DNA of 63,919 bases, counting the filler, from Craspedostauros australis (taxonomy: Eukaryota): NCBI GenBank assembly GCA_030167865.1. It is 15 parts of 15 records of this genome, joined end to end, with 100 filler letters (N's around TTAATTAATTAA, not from the genome) between each part and the next. Parts side by side here need not be neighbours in the genome. Positions count along the whole stretch, not along the records: positions 35,293 to 49,791 come from JALAGF010005460.1; 14 more parts are not named here. One strand, written 5' to 3'. Made by a program: the position numbers and the translations under genes. Numbering within the stretch: position 1 is the first letter of the stretch; every line of letters begins with the position of its first letter. Below, piece by piece: positions 35,293-48,861 of the stretch. The notes under the pieces are model-generated. The model ran no database searches and was not told the DNA's origin. It worked only from the letters and a program-made list of their open reading frames with translations.

Positions 35293-38200
35293 TGTCAGTC
35301 GAAGGTACCAGGATCTTGTCGGAGGCACACAACGGAATACGGGCGTCCATCATACCAAGATGATGGGCGAAGCAACTGCAGAGATTACCAAGTGGTTGGT
35401 GGAAGGAGTGGCAACAGTGGTGCAGATTGATATGGTACCAAGGTATAACGCTACACCGACCATTGGGCAAGTGGCACTGCGACAACAGGTTGTGGCGATG
35501 GTGGAAGGAGCCATATCAAGATGACATCTTGGACCTGGCTGCCTCTCCGATTCTATGGTATCGACTGTATCAATGAAGCCAGACCCAAAGGAAGCAGTAC
35601 ACCCAAATTGTGACAGTGGCTGAAGCTCCAGCGAACGCCAAGAGAGTCTCTGTGGTTTCCACAGAACACAGAATTGAATGGGACAGGCATGTTGGGCTCG
35701 CAAAGCCTCCTGACGAGCCCACCGCCGCATATGATCCGATTGAAAACCTTGTGGNNNNNNNNNNNNNNNNNNNNNNNNNNNNNNNNNNNNNNNNNNNNNN
35801 NNNNGCAGAGATTACCAAGTGGTTGGTGGAAGGAGTGGCAACAGTGGTGCAGATTGATATGGTACCAAGGTATAACGCTACACCGACCATTGGGCAAGTG
35901 GCACTGCGACAACAGGTTGTGGCGATGGTGGAAGGAGCCATATCAAGATGACATCTTGGACCTGGCTGCCTCTCCGATTCTATGGTATCGACTGTATCNN
36001 NNNNNNNNNNNNNNNNNNNNNNNNNNNNNNNNNNNNNNNNNNNNNNNNNNNNNNNNNNNNNNNNNNNNNNNNNNNNNNNNNNNNNNNNNNNNNNNNNNNN
36101 NNNNNNNNNNNNNNNNNNNNNNNNTCGCAAAGCCTCCTGACGAGCCCACCGCCGCATATGATCCGATTGAAAACCTTGTGGGGGATATGGTGCTCCACCA
36201 GGCGACGAGGGCAGCAAACTGCAACAGACTTTTGATGGTGAGCGACAGGTCGTCCAAAGACAGGCAAGCGACATCAGTATTGATTGTGTTTGACGTCAAA
36301 TCCCAGCAGTACATGTACTGCCAAACGTTCGTTCTGAGGGCCCCAGAAGTTCACAGTGCCTATGGAAGCGANNNNNNNNNNNNNNNNNNNNNNNNNNNNN
36401 NNNNNNNNNNNNNNNNNNNNNGTCCATCATACCAAGATGATGGGCGAAGCAACCACAGAGATTACCAAGTGGTTGGTGGAAGGAGTGGCAACAGTGGTGC
36501 AGATCAATGTGGTACCAAGGTATAACACTACACCGACCATTGGGCAAGTGGCACTGCAATGACAGGTTGTGGTGATGGTGGAAGGAGCCATATCAAGATG
36601 ACATCTGGGACCTGGCTGCCTCTCCAATTCTATGGTATCGACTGTATCGACAAAGCTGGACCCAAAGGAAGCAGTACACCCAAATCGCGACAGTGGCTGA
36701 AGCTCCAGCGAACGCCAAGAGAGTCTCTGTGGTTTCCACAGAACGCGGAATTGAATGGGACGGGCATGTTGGGCTCACAAAGCCTCCTGACGAGCCCACT
36801 GCTGCATATGATCTGATTGAAAACCTAGTGGGGGACATGGTGCTCCACAAGGCAATGAGGGCAGCAAACCGCAACAGACTTTTGATGGTGAGCGACGGGT
36901 CACCCAAAGACGGGCAAGGGACATCAGTATCGATTGCGTTTGACGTCGAATCCCAGCAGCACATGTACTGCCAAACGTTCGTTCTGGGGCCCCAGAAGTT
37001 CACAGTGCCTATGGAAGTGAGTTAGCTGGGNTATGGGCGTCCCTTGCAATCGTCTCGGAGATTCCAGGCATTCACAAGGACAGTGTGATCACCATTGCCC
37101 TGGACGGCAAGCAGGCGCTCTTGCAAGCACAGGAGGACGACTTGCTACCAAGCCAAAAGGACTGGGATGTTCTCACGGAAATCAGGAGGATCCAATGGCA
37201 GATCCTGGCTTCGCTGAAGTGGGAATGGGTGAAGGGGCACCAAGAAGCCACTGGCAAACAGCTGACAGTGATGGAGCAGCTCAACATGGAGGCCAACGAG
37301 AAATTCAAGCAATTCTGGGAAGAAACCTGTCAGAGACCCTACATGCGAACCTGGTCCACTGACACCAACAGGCAGCGACTCCAGCTTTGCAAAGACAACC
37401 ACTCACGCGTGGACCCAGGTGCGATGAATGAGCTCCTTCAGTCTGCCTTGGCGATGAAGTATTGATCCTCAAAGTTCCAGTGGGACAGCAACCAGCTGGA
37501 CCAGGTCGATTGGCGCACGGACAAGGCAGCGCGCCAGTCCAAGCAAAACTGCAGCTTAACCATGTTCATTTCGAAGTGGGCCTCTGGATTCATTGGGGTC
37601 AACAAGAAGTTGCTCCAGACCAGACAGATGTCATTGGCCAAATGCAAGTTCTGCAGGTGCGACGAAACCAACCAGCATGTGTTGCAATGCTCAGAACATC
37701 ACAAGGCATGGACGAGCGCCACCTCGAACCTAGTGGATCGCATAGCGGAGATTGGAACATCCCCACGATTGGTAAGGAACATGAGAGTGGGTTTGGTTTG
37801 GCGAAATGGAGGAGGAACGTAGGCTCGAATGACACACAAAGTGCCATTGGATGGTACCCACTACTGGTAGGGCTTCTGCACAAAGACTGGGTAAGCCAGC
37901 AGGAACAATGGATGATGATACACGAGTGCTGATATCCAGACACAAACGCATGGGCTCGGGAAAGGGTGCGATGGATACGGAAAGTGCCCTGGGAGGTGTG
38001 GATGGCCAGGAACGCCAAAGTGCATGATGAAGAACAACACCCGGCCACGAGGGACTTGCGTAGGCAGGTACGAAGACTGATACAGGGTGCGAGCCAGGAC
38101 ATGAACAAATCGGAGCTACACCTACTCCAAGAAGCCTGCAGTATCAAGTACAGTACAGAGAAACAGATGAAACAGTGGGTGAACTCTATGCTAGCCATCC

Positions 38201-38337
38201 AAGCGGTGGTGAAAGCGTGGCGACGATCGCGAACGATACAAGCCAAGAGGCGAGCATGGCGTCGTGGCTGGGGATGGCTTGAGAAGGGACACTTGACAGA
38301 TTGCTCAACACATTGCCCCACGGGGCCGGGGAGGTGA
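35293..38337 (+). mobile_element. Decayed non-LTR retrotransposon ORF2 C-terminus with RNase H and CCHC knuckle
   Basis: RNase H motifs 'MVSDGS', 'IALDGKQAL' and 'WEWVKGHQ...LNMEAN'; knuckle 'CKFCRCDETNQHVLQC'; L1-like tail 'QSAIGW', 'WEVWMARNAKVH'. Many stops and frameshifts. Confidence 0.85.
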
Positions 38338-38419
38338 GGGTAAAGCCTTATGGCACATCTACGATGTAATCACTGAGTCATTTATGTATATATTTGCTTT
38401 GCATACCAAAGAAAATGTA

Positions 38420-38835
38420 GTGTGCTCCATGACATTATATAATATAATTCTGTGTTGTGTGGTATTCGCAAATGTTGCTGTTGCAGCTGACGCGCAGGGG
38501 TGCCACCACCAACGCTGTGCTGCTTTGCGCAACACGCGCGAAGGAGGAAACACACAACCGAGCCAAATCATCGACAACGTGAGGAATCAACGCGACACCG
38601 AAACTGTCACAACATCACCATCCACACCATTGAATACAATCGTGGTCTGACATCGACCGTCGTTGACGTCAGCATTTTCGTCCACGTTGAAGACAAGTCA
38701 GCCAGGTATTTGTGTCGTAGAAGCTAGCTAAATATATCCAACCCTATCGGACAATACGGTACATCGTTTGCCAAAAAAGTCATGTTGTCCGATAAAACAT
38801 CGGCAGGATACTACCTTCTTGTCCTGAATGGGGTC
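38420..38835 (+). repeat. Dispersed repeat D, copy 1
   Basis: Diverged reverse-complement copy at 52778-53195 (shared AGCCAGGTATTTGTGTCGTAGAAGCTAGCTA). Confidence 0.8.
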
Positions 38836-39142
38836 ATAGGCGCAGGCCAATTCACCTATCATAGCATGACAAGTCGCAAGGAAGAAGTGATACTCTACTC
38901 CGGCGTACAAATTTCAGGACTAGACCACTCTCGTACTCACGCACGCCCAATCAAAATTCGAAAAGATGGTTGATCCTGCAAAGCGCATTCAGCTCTCGTT
39001 CCCTACCAGTTTCAATGACCTGATTGTGTTCCAACCACAAGCCCAGGTACCGATTCATCGTTTGTGTTCTTCCGTTGACGTGATCAAGATTCCCGTGCAT
39101 TTTCCAGCGCTCTACTCCAAGAGTGTTCTGTTACCGAATGAG

Positions 39143-39262
39143 TTGTGGTGGTTGTGTGTTGTGTGTTGTGTGTTGTGTGTTGTGTGTTGTGTGTTGTGTG
39201 TTGCCTGTTATGAGTTGTGGTGGTTGGGTGTTGCGTGTTGTGTGTTGTGTGTTGCGAGTTGT
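39143..39262. repeat. (TGTGTTG)n heptamer minisatellite
   Basis: Direct reading. Confidence 0.9.
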
Positions 39263-39797
39263 GTGCCAAACCACGCGAAGCGCATCGTTGTGGAAATCAG
39301 ACCACGACAAAGTCCTCTCCTGGCACAGACGAGAATTACAGATCAACAAGAACGACAGATGATGACATGTGGAGATGAGCAAGGGTGGCATGTTCCGTGT
39401 CTGCTTGTCCCACCATGCTCGCAGGCGCTTTGCTCGTACGAATTATAGTTCAGGCCCAATGGATGATGTACATCAGGGAGGGTCATCCTGCACCATAAAT
39501 GCTGGGCATCAGCATCGATCCACAGAGTCTTTCTATCCAACGGTGATGTCACCAGTTGTGGAGGTCCCAGTTTGCGAAGGCTCCAGCTGCGGAGGGGCTT
39601 TGGCCTCCTGGGCATCATGCTGTCCTCGTACCATGTTGCCTCACGCACAACATCGAACATGCAAGCAAAATGGTCCGAACAACCAACAAATCAATCTCTT
39701 CATCTCACAAATTCATCCAAGTTATCAACCAATAACACCAAACAAACAACGATCAACCCTGAAAGATCAATCACCAACCACCAAGTATCGAGCAACC

Positions 39798-42657
39798 ATG
39801 ATCCACGCCAAGGCAGCCTTCTTTGCCTTTCTCGCTCTCGCCAACACGGCAACGGTCCACGCCGTGCTCCGCGGCAACCGGACCCCCGTGGATCCAAGTA
39901 AGGAACTCCGCACGGCGATGAACAAGATCCGCGCCCTCAAGGTCGGCGTTGATGGCAACGCGAAGGCGGCAAAACAAAACAAGGCCGAGCGAGAGCCTGC
40001 CACAGACAACCCGAGTACTCCCGAGACCTCTGCGCCAACCGCGTTGCCGACTGGATCGCCGACTGCTGGACCCACGGGCCCTCCGACTGCCTCGCCGACG
40101 CATGAACCGACCAGCCCGCCGACGGGCCCTCCAGCTGAGATGCCCTCAATGCCGCCTACCACTCAACCAACATCTGACCCAGCTCCCTTCGATGCCGCCA
40201 TCGAAGTCGCTTGCAACCCAGACGGTGCCACCGCCCTCACCCTTGCCGAAGCCAGCGCCAAGACCATCATCTGCGATGCCACCAAGCCATCGTGCCGCGA
40301 GGCCGTGACTGCCGTGAAGGAATCCGCAGAGCTGCAGAACTTCTTCGCTTGTGCTGGAGACCTCAGCGAAGGAGCCGCGCGCAAGCTCTTCAACAAGTAC
40401 GCAACAGACACTGTGCTCGCTGAGCAACTCACGATGATCGCCTCCACTAGCGCGACCCTCGTCACTGAACGTCCGGATGCCATGAACGAAGCATGCGCGG
40501 CCATCGCTGCGATGCAATCGCCTGCCGTCGCAGACCCATGCTGCCAAGGATCGTCTGGGTGCACTTCGGTCACCGGTTCCGCCTCCAACTCTCCTCCATT
40601 CATGACTGTTGCGATCACGGCATGCACCGGTGATAGCGCATGCAAGGATATGGGCCCTAATCCCCTCATCCTCGAGTTCTCCTGCACTGGCGAGAGTGCA
40701 TGCGAGTTGATGAACGAAAATGAAATCAACCCGTCCATCGCTGGAGTCACCTTCGTCGGCGAGATGGCATGCACCACCTCTCAATCTTGTGAGGGAGTAG
40801 GACGCCGCTCACATGGCGATGTGACCATCCAGACCGGTGCATGCGTTGGGTCAGAGGCATGCAATGCAGCTGGACGCCGCGTCGTGCAGAAGGCACCATC
40901 CTTTCGCTTCCGCAGCCACATCGACATTGGCCCGAGTGCGTGCATTGGCAGCAATGCCTGCAAGGATGCCCATTCAACCGCCAATCATGGTACTGCTGGC
41001 AAGCCGGCAGGCAGCCTGACCATTGGTGCTGGTGGCTGCGCCGCCGATGGGTCATGCGAGAAGATGGGCTTCAATGACAGGATGCGGACCGATCTCGTCG
41101 TTCCTCCTGGTGGATGCGGCAGTGTTGAAGGCTGCAGGGGATGCATGACGAAGATGGAGTGCGACTCCGACGAAGTCTACTTCATCAGCAACGTGGACGG
41201 AGCCTGCCCTAAGGGAGGCAGAAGCTCTGGGGGCAATCCTACTGGTGACAAGGTGGATGAGTACTGTATTGGCAAGGACACCTTGCCCACAGACTGTCCA
41301 ACCTTTTCTCCAACTCCTNNNNNNNNNNNNNNNNNNNNNNNNNNNNNNNNNNNNNNNNNNNNNNNNNNACCTTGCCCACAGACTGTCCAACCTTTTCTCC
41401 AACTCCTTTCCCAACACCTGTCACATCACCTCCCACATCAGCCCCGACATCATCTCCCACATCAGCCCCGACATCACCTCCCACATCAGCCCCGACATCA
41501 CCTCCCACATCACCTCCCACATCACCTCCCACATCAGCCCCGACATCACCTCCCACATCAGCCCCAACATCACCTCCCACATCAGCCCCGACATCACCTC
41601 CCACATCAGCTCCAACTCTCCCCCCGGCATCCCTCACTGTCGGATGTCTTGAGATACCGGGTGGCGACGCATCATCGTTCAATTCCGTCACTGGCGATGT
41701 ATTGTGCGATGGTGCAACAGGCACATGCGCGGACTTCGTCTCCAAGGTTGATGCTCTGGCTGATGAGAAGCACAACATGATCAAGAGCATCTTTGGATGC
41801 AATGATGCAGACTCTCCACAGCCTGTGACGTTGGAGGTGGCACAGGAACGCTTTGATAAGATCAAGAACGACGAAAGTGTGACCAAGGCATTGCTGGATA
41901 CGGTGGCAACCCTGAAACTATTCACTGGTAGCCCGTCTGCTGTGACGAGTGCGTGCGGTGGCTCATGCTGCAGTGGTGATGCTTGCACCGTTCACCCTGT
42001 CGATGGCGGTGTCATGACGGTGAGCTCATGGTCATGTACCGGGGATTTCGCTTGCAATAAGGTACGTCCCAACATAATCATACTTGACAGTTGCAAGGGA
42101 ATCGGTGCTTGCTTTTTTTGGGCAGTTTCGATCCAGATGAGCCAGCTGCTGGTGTCGAAGTCGGATTCAGGGTAATCGGGCCAAGAGCTTGTGGTGAACC
42201 AAGCAGTTGCGGTAATGTGGGAAGAAATATCTTTGGCGATATACGAGTGGAAGAAGGAGCATGCAATGCACAGGATGCATGCGGTGACGTTGCGTTGCGC
42301 AAAAACCAAGGGTCTGCACCCATGACACCGATCGTGGCAAGTGTCTTCATTGGAAAGAATGCGTGCCAAGGGAAGTCCGCTTGCAAGTTTGTGCATCGCT
42401 CTGGAGCGGGCAAATCTGCAGGAAGCGTGAGGATCGAAGACGGTGCGTGCTCGGGCACATTCACGTGCGACTCTCTTGGCTTCGTCGACAGTGCAACCAA
42501 TGATGTCATCATCAGAGCAAACGTGTGCACGTCAGCTGCCACCTGTACAAGCTGCGCCCAAGGACCATTGTGTGAGTCAGAGAGAGAAACGTACGTCATC
42601 GACGACGCAACCGCGGATTGCCGTGGGCCATTCCAAACTGCCTGTGAAGTCGTCTAA
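39798..42657 (+). CDS. Secreted Cys-rich protein with PT(S)APT mucin-like linkers, two tandem modules; apparent frameshift near 42115
   Basis: Signal peptide MIHAKAAFFAFLALANTATVHA; PTxxPT repeats at 40030-40180 and 41390-41620; periodic (A/S)CxGxxAC repeats. Frame changes at the N gap (41319-41368) and at a T7 homopolymer (42113-42119). Confidence 0.8.
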
Positions 42658-42964
42658 GAGCCACCCGGGCGAGTCGACCTGCGCTTTGAAATGAACCTCC
42701 TCACTTTGTTCCTGAGATTTCCAAACTAAGAACATATTCGTAATCCTCGTAGATCTAAAACATATGCTGATCCATTACAGTTCTGCGGTTGGTCCTATTT
42801 TAAGTTTTATGGGCCGATGGATGTGCATATCTTTGGATCTCTTTCGGGTTTCAGCGGTTCGCGTCCGATTACATCGATTCAGTTTAACGCGCTACTGTTC
42901 TTTGTTTCAGCGAGTTTGTTCCCATTTTGAATTGCTTAGTCTCTTGTTGGAAATCCGGGGTTAA

Positions 42965-43627
42965 TGTTAGTAGGAACTATTTGGTTGTTAGATCGTACTG
43001 TTTTAGAACTGTGAGCTCATTCTCTTCAGCTCTTTCACCTTTCATTTCGCACGTAGCATCTTCTGCAGCAGCATCATGTTGTACTGTTACATTCATGCAT
43101 CTCATCATCATGTATCTTCAGTTGCATCCATGAGATCATATCTGCAGGCATCCTTGTCATTCATCTCGTCATGCATATCAACATCTACATTCACTGTGGT
43201 ACGATTCCACAGTCATGCATTTCTCTCTTGATCTCCTGACACCAAACTTTACAATTGGTGTCATGATTGATGCCCTTTCTGAATTGTTCTAGTCCGTGGG
43301 TGACACGTGTCTTGATCTCCAGATGGGGTGATCACCAATCTGTCGGTCACCATCTTCCTTCATCGTGACGTCGATATTTGGTTTGATCATGATTCCGTGT
43401 TTGGTGCTGGGACATCCTGTTTTCCGATGTCGTGGCCTTTCTTGATTCATTGAGGACAGGCTTGTTTGCTTGGTAAGACTGAGGTCATTCCCGTGTGATT
43501 CGTGTCGTGGTTGGAATGCATAATATTCAATGGTGTGATGAATAATATCCAAAGGTGTGACGAATAATGTTGGGAGTTGCGGCAATCATGGGTATCTCTG
43601 ATAGAGTCATACCCTCGATTCCTAACA
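42965..43627 (-). mobile_element. Complete 3' LTR of copia family B (663 bp)
   Basis: TGTTAG...CTAACA inverted termini, preceded on the minus strand by the PPT GGAAGGG. Confidence 0.85.
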
Positions 43628-43702
43628 CCCTTCCACTGTCGCATCGACAACACATCACTCACACTCTCACAATTTTCATAATTTCGCGTCCTCTCCTCTC
43701 CG

Positions 43703-44295
43703 TCACTGATCCATTGTGGAACGCAGTTGGATGTAGTGATCCCTGTGTTTCTCATAGGTCTCCTTTTTGGTATTCTTCGTAAAGCTGTCTGCGATGTTGT
43801 CTTCAGAACGCACAAATTTGGTTCTGGCCTCTCCGTTTGTGATCAGTTCTCGGATGAAATGATGTCGGATGTCGATGTGCCGTGTCCTGGCGGATGTTGA
43901 TGGGTTGGACGCGATGAAGATCGCTCCAACATTGTCAACCATCACATCTGCCGGCTTGTGCATCCTCAGTCCGATGTCGCTCATCAATTGCGTTACGAAG
44001 CGAATTTCTTTTCCTTCCTCCGACAGGGCGACGTACTCTGCTTCCGTTGAGCTGAGTGTTACGCTCCGTTGTGCCTTTGATCTCCATATGATCGGCACTC
44101 NNNNNNNNNNNNNNNNNNNNCTTGTAGTAGGACGATGTGCCCTCCTACGCTGATGCGATTGTCTTTGTCACCTGCGAATTCGCTGTCGGTGTATATTGCA
44201 ATCTTCCATGCATCTTGGGTCAGTGGACTTGGTTTCATCTTCAGTCCATACTCTCTTGTGTCCCACACAAACTTCATGACTCGTAGCATTTCCTT
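43703..44295 (-). mobile_element. Copia family B RT end / RNase H
   Basis: 'YTDSEFAGDKDNRISVGG', 'WRSKAQRSVTLSSTEAEYVAL', 'RTRHIDIRHHFIRE', 'NIADSFTKN'. Confidence 0.95.
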
Positions 44296-45092
44296 TGTTG
44301 GCAAGTTCCGCTCACGGAAGCCTACGATCATGGAAGATGGTATTGGTTGATAGTTGTTCGTTTGCTATTTCATTAGTTGGTTACTCCGATCCTCTTGGTG
44401 TACACCAGCTCTCTTGCCCGATGCTCTTGGCGCTTCAATCTGTTTCGTAGATTCAGTCTCCGACTATGAGTCGGTACGCGAGATCCTCTCTCGCTCCTCT
44501 CTGTATTCTCTCTCTCTCTCTCTCTCTCAATATCGTGTACTCGTGTTATGCGATACTCTGTGCTCGATGCGTACTCCACATTCGACACTCCGTTTGTTCA
44601 GTGCTGGTTCCTACTCCATGAGTACTTACCATTTGAAGTTCACCTTCAGTATCCATGGTCTTCATGGGTCATCGGATCTTCGCCTCCTGCTCTGACTTGG
44701 AGACAGATGTCGACGTGGTGACATGATGACATCCTGTCAACGTCAGTAGGCGTCCTTCTGCTCTCCAGATGTCACGTTCCATTGGTGATGCAGTAGCCTG
44801 TCAGATGATATTGTCATCTGAGGTATAGTTGGGAAGTACCTCGAGATTCTCTTGGTACCATTGATGGATGGACGGACGATGTTCTAATTCTCTCAGAAAT
44901 CGTCGATTGCAAATTTCCTCCAGAAATCTTGCTCATTTGCGTGTGTTCCATTTCCGCTGTAATTCTGACAAATCACAGCATACTATTGACACGAATGTAG
45001 TTGTACCGTCCAAGTGCGTATGAGAGAATAACGGGTGAACGATGCACATATACTTGTACATCTCGACATATACTCACATGTACATCTCAACA
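44296..45092 (-). mobile_element. Complete LTR-A (797 bp) truncating copia B
   Basis: TGTTG...CAACA termini. Flanks TCCTT / CGCAT do not form a TSD. Confidence 0.92.
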
Positions 45093-46899
45093 CGCATGTA
45101 GCTCACATTTTCTGTCACACAGATCCAAATGTGAGAGTTGCGGTAATGTATCATTTCATGACATTAGACTCCTCACTCTTGGGAGGTGCAGTAATTTGTC
45201 GTTTCAGAACACCCGATTCCTGATACATACTATCGACACGAATGTAGTTGTACCGTCTGTACAGGAGTATAAGAGAATAACGGGTGAAGCACGCACATAT
45301 ACGCGTAAATCTTGACATATACGACCCACGTCAGCCAATGACCGTACGGTCGCTACAGGATCCTGAAAAAATGGGCTCCTATAGAGACTAAAATTTAACC
45401 ATATATACTTCAACGCATTGTCAATAAGGCAGGAGTGTGAGACAGTGAGTCCAGGCCTTGGTTATAAACTTATGATGCCGTCAGCCTAGCGTTTTAGAGG
45501 CAAAACGTGATGCAAGCGGCCAGAATTCTCTTTTTGAGGGGCTCTTGTCACGACACGTGGCACCCATTTCTATCTGGTTTTCGATTTCTTTGTGTTTTGC
45601 TTGGTGGGACCCTCGATTTGGAACAATATGACGTGCTCATTTCGACGTTACGGACGTTACTTCGAGGCCAAACTGTGATGACGCGTTACTTCTTGTCGTT
45701 AAGTGCGATGTGATGTCGCATGTTCCATGTGGAGTGACATCGTCAAGTCCACGAGTGGTTGGACAGACTTTTTATTGGATGTTTTCATCCCATCTGGTCC
45801 AGATCGATACTGATTCTCACGTTTGTTTTGGGTCGCAGAAGCAGGTTTGCCAATCCGTTTCGAATGTGCATTTGGGACGCTCGTCGTGCGATGGAAATGA
45901 AATCAACTGCATTTGCGTTTTGCATCGCGTGTCGCCACACAACACGGCGGAGAGTCTGGCGTTGCTCATGTGATGCTTTTGCGCCAGTTCGATGCTCGCT
46001 TTCATTCCCGTTTTGCAACGCGCGGTTTTGCTGAGTGACCTTGCGTCATACTCCTCTACATTCATCACAACATCATGTGCACTGCATGCTCTACTCACAC
46101 TCTACTATTCTACTCTGCATGATGTTGCTTTTCTGTGTATACTCGATCTGGATTGTTTGCCAACTGCTATCCTTTGTCGTACAAATATGACGCGCACAAT
46201 CACCTGCATCACTGAATGGGAACGAGTAGTATTTTGCATCTTTGTTTTTGTGTTGTTTGTGCATCACCAAGCGACGGTCGACGAGTCCGACTGAATCATG
46301 TTGTGAACGTTCATGTTAACAATTGATGATTAACACACACATCACCGCATCCAACAACACACACTCGCAAGCACAACATCAACATCAACACAATCACCCA
46401 AATATGCTCAGGAGCACACACCAAATGCCCAAGTGCAAGGAAACCCAAGACAACCCAAGAGAACCAACTGAAGGAAATGATGAAGTCTTTGACTACTCTA
46501 CTCCCCCACCCAATATCTGAATGACCTCTGCATGCATTCTCTTATTGGCACTTACACTTGGAGTTGCCCATGGTCATCCAGGTGTCTGGAGACTGGAAAA
46601 AGCAACATTCCCTTCCCTCCCAGCAGAAACAAATTAATTGCAGCTCTGTCGCATCTCCAACAGCAATCTCTTCAGGACAATACCTGTCATACACACACAT
46701 CCATCCATCAAACAGAGAGAAAGTCTGCCTATCAACACCAACAAACACATTTGAGAGCCAATCATGATCAGCCAACAAAGAGCAAATGTCCAGACTACAG
46801 AAGCCAGCAAGACAATGATCCAAAATGCAATGTGGAACGAGGCAGCCAGAACTTCATCTATGCCTGCCTTTGCCTCCACCTTGATCAGGATGACTTGTC

Positions 46900-47710
46900 T
46901 GTAGGCAAGTTCCGCTCACGGATACTCTTGTGATTTCATACAACAGTGTTGGTGGTGGTGCTAGTTGCTATGGTTTCTTCTGCCATTTCATTACGTTGCT
47001 AGTCTGATTCTATCTTGGAGTCTCTGCTGTTAGTCCGATGCTCTTGGTGTCTTCCGTTGGTCTACCTCACTATGAGTCGGCACACAAGATCCTCTCTTGC
47101 TGTTACTTGTATTCTCTCTCACTCTCTCAATATTGTGTGTTCGTACCATGCAATATTACGGACTCGACATGTACTCCATATTCGATACACACTCCGTCAT
47201 CTCATCCTCTATTGGCCCACTACTCCACGAGTAATCGCCAATATCTCGTCCGAACTCCTCCTTGCATATCCACAATCTTGATGTCACTCGGTCATCAAAT
47301 CTTCGCCTTCTTGGTCTGATGTGGAGACAGCTGTCCATGTGGTGACATGATGACATCCTGTCAACATCAGCTGTCATGTTCCATACTTCTTCAGATTCCA
47401 AATTCCATTGATGATGCAATGGTCTGGTGAGGATATTGTCACTAGAGGTTTAGTTGGGAATTACATCGATTCTTCTTCGATGTCAACTGTTTTCTGTTGG
47501 TTGATGGAAAGGCAGGATTCCTGATGTTCTCAGAAATGTTTGTTCACGAATTTCCTTCCAAGATTCTGATTGCTTTCGTGTGTCCGAATTCGTGATGTGA
47601 TTTCGACAATCACAGATCACTATTGACATGAATGTAGTTGCGCCATTTGTGCAAAGAGTATACGAGAATGACGGGTGAGCGATGCACATACCCATACGCA
47701 CATTCTGACA
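46900..47710 (-). mobile_element. Older, diverged LTR-A-related solo LTR
   Basis: Plus strand TGTAGGCAAGTTCCGCTCACGG ... TCTGACA, colinear with 44296-45092 but diverged. Another related remnant at about 45225-45316. Confidence 0.85.
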
Positions 47711-48057
47711 GGCAATGGCGATGTCGAGAACAGGATTCTCGAAGCTCTGGCCGATCTTGGTAAATGCAGTAATGACATCGATGCCACAGTAGCGCCATAC
47801 AAGAATGAAGAGATGGTTATCATGGACATCGACTTGGTGCATGTACTTGCCCAAATGAGATGCAACAAGAATTCCAAAGCAGACCACTTCGCCTCAGCAT
47901 TCGGAACTGTGTCCAAAGGCAAATAAAATCTGGCAGACGGAAGCATGTCCTTCATTGGTACAAGGTAGAATGCAGACAAGCCAGAGATGAAGGATCAAAC
48001 ACTACAAACTATCTTTATTCATGCCACAGACTACTTGAAGGGATCCAACACCACCAT

Positions 48058-48861
48058 TGTCGAGATGTACATGTGAGTATAGGTCGAGATGTACAAGTAA
48101 ATGTGCATCGTTCACCCGCTATTCTCTCATACATGTACGGACGGTAAAACTACACTCGTGTAGATAGTATGCTGTGATTCGTCAGAATCACAGTGGAAAT
48201 GGAACACACGAAAATGAGCAGAATTTCTGGAGGAAATTTGCAATCGACGATTTCTGAGAGAATTAGAAACATCGTCCGTCCATCCATCAATGGGAAATGT
48301 ATGGTACCAAGAGAATCCCAAGGTACTTCCCAACTAAACCTCAGATGACGATATCATCGGACAGACTACTGCATCACCAATGGAATGTGACATCTGGAGA
48401 GCAGAAGGACGCCTACTGACGTTGACAGGATGTCATCGTGTCACCAAGTCGACATCTGTCTCCAAGTCAGAGCAGGAGGTGAAGATCCGATGACCGAAGG
48501 GCATCAAGATCATGGATACAGAAGGTGAAGTTCAAATGGTAAGTACTCATGGAGTAGGAACCAGTAAGGAACGAACGGAGTGTCAAATGCGAAGTATGCA
48601 TCGAACACGGAGTATTGTGTAGCACAAGCACACAATATTATGAGAGAGAGAGAGAATACAGAGAGTAGCGAGAGAGCATCTCGCATACCAACTCATCGTC
48701 GGAGACTGAATCTACAAAACAGATTGAAGCGCCAAGAGCATTGGGCAAGAGAGAGGACACCAAGAGGATTGAAGTAGCCAAGTAATGAAATAGCAAACGA
48801 ACGACTATCAACAATACTGTCTTCCACGATCGTAGGCTTCCAATCACGGAACTTGCCAACA
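48058..48861 (+). mobile_element. Solo LTR-A (804 bp)
   Basis: TGTCGAG...GCCAACA with flanks ACCAT / CCCAT, a 4/5 match to a 5-bp TSD. Confidence 0.92.
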
